In this document: positions 12,061 through 25,039 of the stretch, in pieces
How positions within the stretch are numbered: the first letter of the stretch is position 1
How the letters are laid out: every line of letters begins with the position of its first letter
Source: Lama guanicoe
Lineage: Eukaryota
Direction of reading: 5' to 3'
Assembly (NCBI GenBank): GCA_013239625.1
Contig: MU054187.1
Coordinates: 1,119,587 to 1,183,586 of the forward strand
Length of the DNA stretch: 64,000 nt
Notes under the pieces: model-generated
Databases searched by the model: none
What the model was told of the DNA's origin: nothing
Seen by the model: only the letters and a program-made list of their open reading frames with translations
Translations under genes and position numbers: made by a program

Positions 12061-13369
12061 GAGATGGGGTCTTACAGAAACCCCATGGACATCTTGGGAG
12101 TGACAGCCATCACATCTGGCCTCTTCTGGTGTGAGAAACAGGTCCCAGCTGCTGACTGCTCTCAAGCTGGGGGTGACATAAGGGCGTCAATTCCAGAAGG
12201 TGAGGTCGTCTTCCCACCACAGGGCAGGGAGCATCTCCCGTCTGCCTGACTGGCCTCCTGTGTCACGTGCTGCGGATGGGCGGGCCAAGGTGAGGACTGG
12301 AAGAGGATCATTGAATTTATCAGTGAGAGGATTGTTGATATTCACAAAGGATGTTTATGGGTTAAAACCACTGTTCAGCAGAGGATAGAGAAGAGGAAAC
12401 ACAAGTCTGATCACTTTTAAGTTCTGCTTTCAAACCTGTCCATTTCCTGGAGAATAAAGTTCTGGTTCTTGGGTTTGGCCTCAAAGAAGCCTTTTCCATA
12501 CCCTCCACTTTCTTATCAACCCCAAACTCTCCCTTTCAGTGTCGCCTTTCATCCTCTTCAAGATCCAGCGTGGGCACCCTGTGTCCCAGGCAGGAGTGAT
12601 TGCTCCCCTTTCCCTGAAGGCATCGAGGTCCTTTGTACCTGCCTGACTTTGTCAGGGTGGGCCTTTTCCTCTGATTGTCTTTCCTCATGTCTACTTGGGA
12701 AAATGCTACTAATTTCCTAATGACTGGTGCAAACATAGCCTCTTTCGTGAAGCCTGCCTCAAGTCAGGCAGGCAAGTTGCTCATTTATTTGTATCCTACT
12801 GTATGCCTCTGTAGAGTTTTTTCATTCATTCATAACTATCTGAGTGTTTACAACAGTGAAAAGAAGCTTGATACTTTCATGCATGGAGTGGTCCTCTCTG
12901 CTTGTATCTTAGTAAAGCATTTATACAGCATTTAAAAACGTACTTGGTGTCTGCAATTGGTGAGGTTCATGTGACATGAACTATTTCTAACATTTATCTG
13001 TATGCTTAAATCTAGTCACACTTATTGACAGCTAGTAGGTCCTTAATCATCATTTAATGCATTAATGATAGCTGTTTATTGATTGAATTATTGAAGTATG
13101 GAGAACTTATATTTCTTTTCATGAAGAGCAGACCTAATTAGAATGAAAACTCAAATGTTTATTTCAAGAAATATCATTGATTTGATACAGTTCGGAATAT
13201 AATAATAGATTTTTACATGACCACGCACACTTATTTATAAAAAGTCTATAGCTGGGAACCTTTTTCTGAACTGGTCAAATCTTGAAACGGTTAAGACATC
13301 ATGTTTTACAGATACATTAAGTTATGCATGTGCACAATATGTGAATTTTCCTCAGCATTGTTTATAACA

Positions 13370-13985
13370 CCTGGACTCTGTCTAGAATTGAGCTGTCTCC
13401 TTGGCAAAAGGAGACATCCTTGGCCAGTTTCTTTTTTATTATTATTTTTCTAATTCTGCTTGAGATATGGTTGACCTCCGCCATTTTGGCTCCCCAAGAG
13501 TCAAACAGCGTCATTTACAGAAGGAATCTCCAGTGGAAGGAACCACAGTGGCACCTCCAGTTATAGAAACCGAGATGTGTGGAAATGTCCCCTCCCAGCC
13601 TTGCCAGAGTCACAGCACCAGAACAGGGCCTAGACTCTGCACAGAAGATGGTCCTACCTCAGATGCTGCATTGAGAATGAGCAGCAAAGTCGCAGACCCA
13701 GGAAAAGCCAGCAGCGCAGCCTCTAGGAGCCAGGGGTGGCGGTGCCGGCCACGGCCCGGGCCGCAGTTAGTGGCCCGCAGTGACCTCGCCTGGAGCTGAC
13801 TCCTCGGGGCAGTGTTCTTGTCCCAGGATATGCGCCTGGCCTCACCTCCCAGGACGCAGCCAGTTTTCTGATTCCAACCGTACAGCCTTTCTGTTGATTA
13901 TGGACTCAAGTCAGTTTCCCTCCAGTAAGTGCATTTTCTGCTCACATTCATTTTTGTTGTCCAAAGCTGAAAAGCCTGTCTGATA
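13370..13985 (+). mobile_element. Probable old ERVL/MaLR-type solo LTR
   Basis: Contains 'ccgccattttgg' and ends in LTR-like 'cagtaagtgcattttctgctc...ttgtccaaagctgaaaagcctgtctgata'; family not resolved. Confidence 0.4.
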
Positions 13986-14093
13986 GAGAAATAATTTTGT
14001 AGATTCTGGTAACTTGTGTCTCTATACAAACTTTAAAAGTAGTAATTGTGTGACTACCTTATTAAACATTCTGGGAGTAAGGACATCAGGGCA

Positions 14094-14120
14094 GCGCACG
14101 CGCGTACACACACACACACG
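14094..14120. repeat. (GC)n/(CA)n alternating purine-pyrimidine microsatellite
   Basis: 'gcgcacgcgcgtacacacacacacacg'. Confidence 0.85.
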
Positions 14121-14753
14121 ATTCACATATGTATCTTTCCACTGATAAAGAAAGCATTGAGGATTCCAATCCAGATAACCAGCAACTAAAATAAATCAGA
14201 GCGATGCCCATGGAAATGTAATGACCCAGGGGGAAGTTCCTTGAGGGACTCACGGTCATCTTCGTCTCGGGAGGCACAGAAAGTGCCGGCTGGTGGGTGA
14301 TGTATGCAGCCATTTGTGATTTCTTTCTTTCACTAATAAAATAACCATCTATTTTAGGTAGAAAAAACCTAAATTACCTGGATAACATGTTGGGTTTCAT
14401 AAATGTAGGTAGAGATAAATTGTGAATATTCATGAGCAATTAAAATAAAAAAAACTATGTTTGGCTAATACAGAATATTTCTTTTTAAAATTGTTAGAAG
14501 TATGTGTTTATAATAATAAACCTGCTAAACTAAACTCTGAAAATTTAGAAGTGGCAGAAAAACAGTGGAAAATGAAATGAAATTCACTTGTAATCCTGTT
14601 GGGGGCAGATGCTGTTCTCATGTTGATGTGTTCATTTCTAGAGTTTTTCTACGTATCTGTGTATATGTGCATCTGTGTGAAGGTTTACACTCATATCTTA
14701 GGTGACAAGTGAAGACATAATGAATATCTTATTTTCTAACCCACTTTTGATGT

Positions 14754-15138
14754 TGTATTGGTCAGCTCATGCTGCCATAACAAGATACCAGACTGGGTGA
14801 CTGAAACAACAGGGATTTATTTTCTCACACTTCTGGGAGGCAGACGTCCACGAGCAAGGCTGACTGACTTGGTTGACTTAGGTTCTGGTGAGGCCCCCTT
14901 CCTGGCTGCAGATGGCACCTTCCTGCTCTGTCCTCCAGTGGCCTTTCCTCAGTGGTGTGGCAGTGAAGCCTCTGGCATCTCTTCTTGTAAGGACACTAAT
15001 CTGATTGGATCTGGGCCCCAGTCTTATGACCTCATTTAATCTTAGTTTCCTCCTACAGACCCTCTCTCCAAATACAGTCACATTGGGGTGAGAGGCTCAG
15101 CGTATGAACCTTGGGAGGACATAGTTCGGTCCATAGCA
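14754..15138 (-). mobile_element. MaLR solo LTR, MLT1A-like
   Basis: 'gctgccataacaagataccagactgggtgactgaaacaacag...cttcttgtaaggacactaatc...ccaaatacagtcacattgggg...ttcggtccatagca'. Confidence 0.85.
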
Positions 15139-16420
15139 GAGGAAATTATGTTACCAAAACCTTTCAAAGAGCTTTTAATGGCAGCACAATATTATACTGG
15201 ATGTCTACACTGCAGTTTTTTAACCAATAATTCATATTTGGACATGTAATCTGTTTTTATTTTTTAATATACATCGTTGTGGACATTCCTGTGCACAATG
15301 TCTATTGATATGACTTACTCCTCAAGTCCTACTTAATCAGGGGGATGTAAATGATTTCAGTTTTAACGCCTGTTGTTGAGCAGCCCTCCCAGAAAGGCCG
15401 TGGTATATGAGAGGATGTCATCGACCTGGAAGGCAGCCTGCCACGCCTGCAGCGCTCGACTCACTTAACACCCCCAAATACCTGTTAAATGACTCCAAGC
15501 TATTTTCTTAAGAGTCCTTAAGTGAAAGTCCTTAAGAACAAGAGCAGATTCATTAGGTGTGTCAGAGGAGCCTGCCCTTGGAGAGCTCAGCAAGGGGTGG
15601 AAGAGGAGCCCGCTCCATTTGTAGGGTTATCTGAATTTACTTCACCATGGCGCTGTTTGAAGCAGCAGCTAAATGTCTGTCACGTGCTCACTGTGCGCGT
15701 CCCCAGATCCCTGGCAGGGCTGCAGGGCACCGGAGCCACGGGTGAGTCGCCGGAGTTTAAAGGAGACGGTTTGCAGTAGAATTCACAGTGATTCTTAGTG
15801 ATGCATCAGCTCAAATAGTAAACTCAAACAGTTCAGTCCAGTTGAATCAGTCTTTCCAAATTCAGTTGGTGCCTGAAGATTTTCACATGTAACAGAAGAC
15901 CTTATAGTTTTGCTTTATACTGGAAGGAAAACAACACAAAAATTACTGTAGGCACCAGAGTAAAATGTGGCACAATTCGATGTGTTATTAAGACACTTCA
16001 TTGTTCTGTAAGGTCCCAGTACAGACAACTGGAAATCACCAGTCAATAAGCACCTGTGAGGCAAACCCTTGTTCTACGCGGTGCCGAGAGTCCAGCAGTG
16101 GGAGGGCTCCAGCACTGACAGAGGGGTCGCCTAACGAGCTCCACAGGTGTTCTGGCGGTTGCGGAGAGGGCGTTTGGAGGGTAACGCGATTCTCACATCC
16201 AGGGCTGCTCGTCTCAGCTGGATCCACGCTTACAGTTTCTTCTGGGTCTGAAGAAGCACCTTAGGTGATGTGCCCTTCATCCGCCAGACACCCTAGTCTG
16301 GTTCACCCTGAGTGTGTGTGTGTGGAGATTTCTACACCCTGGATCCTACATGCAAGCCAGAGCAAAACAATTCTATTTCATTTGTATTAAAATCCCACAG
16401 CACAATTTAAGACACATTTT

Positions 16421-16545
16421 TTCACTTTCTTTTGGGGGTAGGTAATTAGATGTATTTATTTATTTTTAGAGGGTACTGGGGATTGAACCCAGGACCTCAT
16501 GCATGCTAAGCATGTGCTCCACCACTTGAGCTTTACTCTCCCCTC
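16421..16545 (-). mobile_element. tRNA-derived SINE, camelid Vic-1-like
   Basis: Minus strand carries a Pol III A box (AGCTCAAGTGG, 16522-16532) and B box (GGTTCAATCCC, 16479-16489), then an A-rich tail. Near-identical flanks AAGACACATTTT (16409-16420) and AAGACGTATTTT (16546-16557). Confidence 0.85.
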
Positions 16546-16559
16546 AAGACGTATTTTAA

Positions 16560-17560
16560 TGAAGGTTACTTGCAAACACATCTTCTAAAATTTTGCTGGT
16601 ACAAAAAAATTATTTTTGTCCTTGTCAAAAACTATTTTTCTGGAAATTCGGATGTGACAGCTATTTTCTTTCAGCACTCTGATGGTTTAATTCTCTTTTT
16701 ATGGCTTCTATACTTTTCATTAGGAAGAAGGTTATGATGTTGCTAAACTGGTTCTTCTTTGTGACCAATATTCCATTCTGTTTATACTATTGTAAAGTTT
16801 CACTGTGATGGTTTAGGTGTTATCTTTTAATTTATATAATTTTAGTTTTCCTGAATCTGAAGGGTTAGTTATTTTAACAATTTTGAAAAATTATTAACCA
16901 CAATCTCTTTAAATAGTGTCTCTCTACTGTTATATTTCTTGAGATATGATGATCTTGAAACTGTGACTCAGTCTTCCTCATTGTTTCTAGAAAATTTGCA
17001 GTTATTACCCTTTCAGACATTGTTTCTGGCCACGTTCTCTATTCCCACCTTCCAGAACTCAGATGATGTCTTTTAGTACTTAACCTCTCATAACTTCCAC
17101 ATGTTTTTTTTTTTAATTCTATATTTGGAGAATTTACTTGAGATCTACCTAATTCACTGATTCTGCTGATTCTACTGTTTAATTTTCATTAACATTTGAT
17201 TTATTATGTATGCTAGTTTTATAAGATCTTTATTTTTTCAAATATATCTGATAAATTTTGATATTTATTCTTACAATTTCTTTTTATAATTCATCTTTCA
17301 ATTTTTTAAATATTTTGTACCTAGTAATTTTGTGTTTCATAGTTGCTAATAATAATTTTGGTGATATTTACAGTTCTGATCCTGTAGATCTTCTGATGTT
17401 ATTAATATCTCAGATGGCTTTGTTTATGCTAATATTCTTCACAAGTGATTTCCGTTACCATTTGTTTTTGCTTTTGATTGTGTTCTCATTTTCCTTTTGT
17501 CTCTGGAAGTTTTGGTATCTGGTTTGGTCGTAATTAGGGCTGTTCCCTAATGTTTCTCGT
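16560..17560 (-). mobile_element. Highly decayed old L1 (L1M/L1ME-type) ORF1-region fragments
   Basis: T-rich antisense L1 motifs 'tattttctttcagcactctga', 'ttcctgaatctgaagg...ttttgaaaaattattaaccacaatctctttaaata'. Confidence 0.55.
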
Positions 17561-17699
17561 CTCTCACTGCCCCACCCACTAAGAGCTTTATTTGTTCATA
17601 AGTTTAGTTTTCGTCAATAAATCATGAGAATAACAGAAAGTTTTGCAACCAGTGAACATTTACAGTGCTTTCTCTTTTCTCTTTTTTTCACCCAGAAAT

Positions 17700-17835
17700 A
17701 ATCCAGATAACAGCTAATCAGTAGCATGAATTCCAGAACTTCCACTTGACTGTGATGCGCCAACATCACAAGCAAGAATAAAACTGTTGTTCCAAGTCAT
17801 TCAGATTAGTGGGAACGTAGTTGTTATCCCAGAAC
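17700..17835 (+). mobile_element. MLT1-type LTR 3' end fragment
   Basis: 'agcaagaataaaactgttgttccaagtcattcagattagtggg...gttgttatc'. Confidence 0.45.
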
Positions 17836-18971
17836 AGTCTCTCCTGTTCTTTCAATGGGATAATCCTGGATTTAATGTGCATTTTTTGCAGATACTTGTG
17901 TTTACCTCTGCTGGGTCCCTTTGGGCGCTTTATACTAAAATATTAGCTTAGAGTTTTTCAGGTAACATATGGAGTGTGAATTGCAGCTCCAGATCCAGGT
18001 TTTGTAGAATTATAGCCAGAAAGTCTCAGGGCACGTTTTTTCTCATTTATTTTCCGCTGAGATCCTATGCTCACTGTCTTCTGTCAAGGGCGTGGGTTTT
18101 ACTGAGTTCACCAGCTGGGGGTGTGGTTCTACGGACATTCAGACATCATTCTCACATCTTTGTTCAAACCACTCTTGGTGTGGACTTCAGGCTGTCTTGC
18201 TACGCCCTGCACATACTACACATTAAATCCCGGTTCTCGCTCACCTGATCTGCGTGCACCTGTAGTGCTGATGCCGGTTCAAGATCATACGTGTCTGTTA
18301 ACTTGCACATCTTCCTTAGTTCTGTTCTTCAGGATATCTGCCTGTTTTAAGCTGTATGTTTTATCTGTAATTTTAATCATGATGTACAAGGAAGAGTTTT
18401 TTTTTTTTTTAATTCTGTCTACCTGTCAATTTCTTGCATTGGGAGTTGCAAGAAAACTCCCAATTGATTTCCATGGCTTTGTCATCATGTTCTATGGAGG
18501 AGATGATAAATTATTGAAAAAATTGACCAAGTTAATCTACAATATAAACAACTTTGGCTGCAATGCCCTCAATTAAAAAGGTAACTTTGATTTATTTTAA
18601 ATCTTGCTCTTTTGCTGTTTATTTTTCTTTTAATTCATGTCTTGGTTAATACTTGCTTCTGATAGGAGTTTTGATGTGCTAAGGTTCATGAGTGCTAAAA
18701 TATATGAAGACAGATTAATGTGTTTGTATTGACGTTTGCTACCAATGCTATATTATTTCATACAGCTAAAGGATATGATGTCATTAAACAGAGTCACATT
18801 TTTCGATGATTGCACTCAGGTTGTCTGCTTCTACGTCCTTACGCTCACCACATTTCTAGAAGTATGCTTTTTTCCCCTCTTTAAATATTTACATATTTTA
18901 CAAACTGGCTTGAAGTATAGAACACTAAATCAAATTCAAATTCGGGCAACTCCAAATAGCTAATGGATGTG

Positions 18972-20720
18972 TATTTTTTCCAGCTTTATTGAGATATAAT
19001 TAATGTATAGCATTCTTTCAGCTTAATGTATACAATGTGAATTTGAAATATGTATATATAGCAAAATGGTAACCACAAAAATGTTAGCACATCCACCATG
19101 TCTCTCTCCACTACACCTGTGTGTAGTGGGACTTTTTAAGATAACTCTACTAGCAACTTTCAAATATACAGTACAGGATTGTTAACTATAGTGATGATGC
19201 TGTAGCTTAGATCCCCAGAGCTAATTCACCTTGTAAGTGGACGTTTATACCTCACCACCTTTGGCTAGTTCCTCCCTCTCCTCCATGCCCTGATAACCAC
19301 TAATATGCTCTCTGCTTCTATGATTTTATTTTACTTTTTTACATTCCATGTATAAGTGGGTCATACATTGTTTGTCATTCAACCTGTGACTTAATTGACT
19401 TATCATAATGTCCTCAGGGTTCATTCATACTGTCACAACTGGCAGAATTTCCTCTTTTATGGTTGAATAATATTTCAATATATGTAGAGACATTTTTTAA
19501 CCCATTTATCTGTTGACAGATTTAGGTTGTTTCCATGGCTTAGCTATTGTAAGTCATGCTGCAGTGAACATGGGTGTGCAGATAACACTTTGAGATAGTG
19601 CCTTTATTTCCTTTAGATTTGCATCCAGAAGCAGAATTGCTGGGTCATATGGTGGTTCTATTTTTAATTTATGGAGGAAATTCCATACTGCTTTCCATAG
19701 TGATGATACCAGTTTATATTCACAACAGTGCTGCACAGGGTTGAGCACACATTCATGTACTTGTTGGCCATTTGTATATCTTCTTTGGAAATTTATCTAT
19801 CCAGGTCTTTTGGCTACTTTAAATCAGATCGTGTGATTATTTTGCTATTGAATTGCATGGGTCCCTTATATATTTTAGATATTAACCTTTTATCAGATAG
19901 AAGGTTTGCAACTATTTTCTCTCATTTTATAGGTTGCCATTTCATTCTTTATTACTTCTTTTGCTGTGCAGACACTTTCTGTGATGACCTGTTAACACTG
20001 GCTTATGTATTTAGGTGCTGCAATGCTGGGTGCATGTGTATTCACAATTGTTGTTTTCTCTCAATGAAGTGACTCCTTTGTCATTAGGTAACAACCTTCT
20101 GCGTCATTTGTTCCAACGTTTTATTTAAAGTCTAGTTTGTCAGAGACATGTAGAGCTATCCCTGCTCTCTTTTGGTTTCAGTTGTGTGGAATATCTTTTC
20201 CCACCTCTTCACTTTGAGCTTCTCTGTGCCCTTAGAGCTAAAGAGAGCTTCTTGTTGGCAGCATGACTGAGCACATAGTCTTGTCTGTTTTATTCACTCA
20301 GTCTGTCTGTATCTTTTGACTAGATAATTTAGTCCATATAGATTAGGTAATTTTTGATAGGCAAGGACTTACAATGCCATTTTCTTACTCGTTTTCTGGG
20401 TGTTTTCTAGATCCTTTTTCTTTTCTCCCCATCTTGCTGTCTTCCTTTGTGATTTGGCGATTTTCTGTAGTGATCCTTCCTTTTTATCTTTTGTGTGCCC
20501 ACTATAATTTTTTGCTTTGTGGTTACCATGAGGGTTACATAAGCAGTTTATAGTTATAGTACTCTCTTTTAAGCTGATAATCACTTAAATTTGTTCACTG
20601 TGAAAGCTCAGTACTTTTAACCCCCACACACACATTTAATGAGAGAAAATTCAAATAAATTTTATGTCACAATTTACTTTTTTTAACATTATATATCCAT
20701 TAACAACTTATTATAGCTAT
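18972..20720 (-). mobile_element. L1 (L1MA-type) 3' UTR and ORF2 3' part, joined to ORF2-5'/ORF1-side sequence
   Basis: 3' end 'ccagctttattgagatataatt'; ORF 19554..19748(-) KLKIEPPYDPAILLL...CTPMFTAA is the L1 ORF2 C-terminus; 'ctatccctgctctcttttggtttc' is endonuclease-region sequence. Confidence 0.88.
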
Positions 20721-22828
20721 CACTTTATGTATTATAAAATTTTTTCTGAGTCAGTATAATTGTCTCTGTTGATATGTTTATCTCATTGCTTTTCTGGCTC
20801 CATAATACTCAATAATATAGATATAATACTGTTGTTTAAGCATTTCCAAATTTTTTAAACCAGAAAACAAATATTCATTAACACCTGCCATGTATTAGAA
20901 TTTTGCAGTGGTCTGGGACATCAGAGTGAATTGTACTGTTTTTCCTACAGAAGCCCAGACAGTAGTGAAAATGAACGTTGTAATATAATTTATAATACAA
21001 TGGCATCAAGTTTATAACAGAATTATGAACAAAGAAAGTTATGAGAACAGAGCAAGAGACTGAAGAATGATTCACAATGAATTTTCACAGCAAACATAAA
21101 AACTTGCCTTTCTCTTCCTGATGCAAGACTCTTATTTCTTTGAATATTTGGGGTAAATGAATTAAGTAGTTAGTTATATAATAAATTTTATTTATTTTTT
21201 TAGAAAGGGTGATCAGAAAGAAAGCATAGCAATAACATTATACTCAGGTTTATCTGGGAAGAGATACTCTTGTTAATTACATTGATGGTAAATGGAGTAA
21301 AAATTTCTAATGAGTTACATTTTTATTCTATAAAAACTATGATAAACTAATGAATACAGGTTGACAGGTATATTTTCCCATCTTGTTATAATTTTTTACT
21401 GGCATTTTGCAGAAACAAGACGGGTGAAAAATAAATTCCATAGCACATCCCTTTGCTCAGAACAATGACATTTAATCACCCTGCTGCCACCATCTGCCAG
21501 AGTGTTTCATCTGGTGGTAAATTCGTTTATACACTTTTGAATTCCAGGGCTCTCATAATTTCACTTTTTGTCTGAGGCAACATTTTCTGCCTAGTTTGCA
21601 GGTTTTACATGACTAGTTTTTATATTATTAAATTATTTATTGAGGACAAACTTAATTTTTTTTCCTTGACATTTAAATGCTGAATAAAGGGGAAGCAAAA
21701 TTACATTTCACCAATTAAAAGGGTGATTTGAGGAAAATTTCCCTACATGGGCTGACAACTAATCAGTAGTGTAGCAGAAATTGATTCTGTGCATCAAAAA
21801 GTTACTCACATTAGAGACAGAACTTTAAAAGCATCTGGGTGAAAATGCTTGCTCATAAAATGTTGTCAGATATTCTCTTATGTTTAAACCCACATTTATA
21901 TAACATTTGCTCAGATGCAAGTTTTGACAAAAGTTGCTTAGCAAACAATCTGTAAAAGCAATTTAGGGAGAACCAATATAATACTGATTGCGTGCACAGC
22001 TTCAGTTGCAGTCTGGTTTAATTTGGGAGTCGCTCATAGACTGGCTTCCTAGGTAAGGAGCTGGAATGCAGCTGTTCTCGTAAACAGTGACAACGTGGAC
22101 CATAGCCGGTGTTAAAAATGGGAGTTTCCTTTAGCAGGAGATAACGGAGATGCCTAATAAGACCATGTCACCAGAAAGCCAAACCCAACTTGACGTTTCC
22201 TAAACCAACAGCTTGAATGGTTTTGAAGTCATTAAACTCTAAAAATAATTTTGATCTCTAAATAATGGTGAGAGAAAGTGGAACCTAAATCAGAAATGGG
22301 TTGTCCAGAATTAACGGTTTCAGCTGATGCAGTCAAAAGTTGAGCAGCAACGCTCCCTGGAGCCGACTGCTGTCCGGGCTACTTCTGGCCGTGTCAGTCA
22401 CACTGATGCCTCTGCTTGCAGCTCAGAGACCACGCACTTTCCCATTTCCACACATTTGCTCCTCTAATTTCTGTGTGTGGAGAACCAGCCCCTGCTTCTC
22501 CAAATCTGCAAAACATTAACTGCTCTAAAGGGTTTACCTGGGACCATGCTAAGAGGGAGATAATTTCACCTGCCCCTGAATTCCCAGAGCACTTTGGACT
22601 TCCATGTCATTTGTTACTTTTCAATGTGCAACATATATCAGATTTTTCTCTTCTTCTTGATTATAAGCTCATCTGTGTCTGAATTCACTTTAGGAATATT
22701 TCTCAAAGTGGTGTCCACAGAGCTTTGTGTGCATGTTGAGGGTAGAGGGAGTGAGAACCTTTCAGCACATCTAAGAGGTCAGACACCTATGTTCATGATA
22801 AAACTGAGTTTCATCTGCCCAAGGAACT

Positions 22829-22996
22829 GTGTTCACAGCTGCACCAGTGGTGTAGGAACAGGGTGTTCACATCTGCACCAGCGATGCAGGAGCACCGTGT
22901 TCGCATCTGCACCAGCGGTGCAGGAGCATCGTGTTCGCATGTGCACCAGTGGTGCAGGAGCACCGTGTTCGCATGTGCACCAGCGGTGCAGGAGCA
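22829..22996. repeat. Minisatellite, 34-bp unit, about 5 copies, internally palindromic
   Basis: GTGTTC recurs at 22829, 22863, 22897, 22931 and 22965; unit is approximately GTGTTCGCATCTGCACCAGCGGTGCAGGAGCACC. Confidence 0.97.
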
Positions 22997-25039
22997 GTGG
23001 TGAGTAAAACTGCTGGTTCCACAGTGTGAAGCAAGGCAGTGGCACCAAACCGTCGAGCAGTCACGGTGGTTGTCACTGCTGCACGCTTACAGTTACAAAA
23101 AGAACTACAGTTATAGCTAAAAACGTCACTGATGGAGGAGAAAATACGTGCTTATTAAATCTCCGCTCCTGAGTGCACGTTCCTTTACTGCTCTGTCTGA
23201 GGAAGTGGGCATTGCATACGCCCTCTGCAGCCCACCAGTATAGTCTTATCTCGGGAGAGCACGTGGGAGAGCTCCTTAAGGCCTGGACACTTTTCTTTTT
23301 CATGGAGCTCCATTATTGCTTGAAAGTAGGACTGGCTAGTGAAATAAAGTCATTCAGGCTTGGGCATTCCACTTAATTTCTGGTGTAGTTTGCTTTCCCC
23401 ATCTTTTGAGAAAACAATGACTAACATGTAGGGCTGGAAGAGCTGTCTCCTCACCTGGAGCCTGGTGGGGCCGAATTCAATTTCTGGCGCATGACTTTGC
23501 CACAGCAAACTGATTTTCAGTCATATCTGAATTTCTGTGTGAGGTAAATGATATAAACAGCATCTATTTTAGTAGTAGCTGGTAACCTGTTGACTTCTGA
23601 GATAAATTTCAAGAGAAAATAACTACTGTTTTCAAACAACTATCTCTTTCCAAGAAGAAAATGGCTCAGTTCTCTTAAAGCGTCATAGGGATTGCTCAGG
23701 ATTTGCCTGTTCACTTAAGAGTCTGGTGTGTTTTTCCTTTTTGTAATTTGATCTTATATTTCTGACTAGAGTGCTGTTTAAGCTTTACATTTCATAATGA
23801 GTGAGATGTAAATAAAATAACATAATGTGTTACTAAACTTTCCTGGACAACAAAATGTAGTTCATGATTTTCCTGAATAATAATATGCATATGAAATATG
23901 GAATGTGGAATAATATGTGTAGCTTATAATTACTTTACAATGTATTTTATGTTTTGAAGTTGACATCGCACTTACACATCCATTACCTTGCTACTCGCTG
24001 GGCTCCTCTAGACAGGCAGGTCGGCTCCAGGTCGTCCTGGGGAGTGTACGACCTGAGCACGGGACACAGACTAGAGTGAGTGGGCCCTGGGAGAGGCTTG
24101 GGGAACAAACGGGGGTGAGCCTGGCAGAAGGACCGGAGGCTAAGGGGTGCAGGGAAGGGGGAGTCCAGGCAGATGCAACCACCAGTGAGAAGTGCCTGAA
24201 GCAGAGCGAGGGCTGACTGTAGAATGTGGAGAAGGTGAGTTTGCAGATCTAGCCTTTTTGCCATCTTAAATGTCATGACTGTCTAACTTCAAGGGATAAA
24301 GTTTATTCTTCTGAATTTTTCTCTAACATTCTGATCAAAGAATGAATTATTCCTTATTTACAGGTTTTAAAATTTGCCTTTAGCTTATTTCATATGCGCC
24401 ATGAATTAATAGTGACTTTATCACCCACAGAAACTAAGCTTTTAACTTCCTAAGAAAGAACATTTTTCTTATTTGTAACAAATGCTTGAACCTTGTGTAA
24501 GGTGTTTTTAGTCTTTAGAGTAGCATGTGTTGCATTACTTGTGGGCTTCACAGGTACAACTTTGTTGAAAGGAGTACAATGAGCTTAATATTGCTCTGTT
24601 TAATTAAGTGAAGGCAGTTTAACTTAAGGGTTAGCCTCCATTCCCAGCCAGGGACTCCCATGTTCAGTGTTCTAGCCAGTTGTTCACTTGGAAAGATTAA
24701 CATTCCATATCACAGTGCAGTCAGCAGTAGGAACAAGTTTTTAGCAAGTTACTTATGGATTTACTGAAAACATTTTGCAGCCTCATTATTTATTCAAAGC
24801 AAAGACCGAGAGAATCACTCTGGTCAAAATGCATCCGAAAACCGTCTTGTGCCCAGTGAGCCAGTACTTCCCACTGTGTCTCACCCTTGGGCTCATCCCT
24901 AGGTGTGGCTTTTTTTTTTTAACTGGAAAAAGTACAATTGACTTAATATTTCTTATTTTAACTGAGTGAAGTAATGAAACTTACATGACAGTTTCGGTGC
25001 CCAGTCAGGGACACGAGCCAGCACACACTGGCATCTTAT

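Noticed and set aside
15896..16055. Two adjacent plus-strand exon-like pieces
   Set aside because: The implied intron (15960-16012, 53 bp) is too short for a mammalian intron.
16470..16545. tRNA gene
   Set aside because: The A and B boxes belong to a SINE with an A-rich tail and TSD; a second diverged copy is present at 57514.
22829..22996. CRISPR-like array (34-bp palindromic repeats)
   Set aside because: Repeats are head-to-tail with no unique spacers, there are no cas genes, and the context is mammalian.
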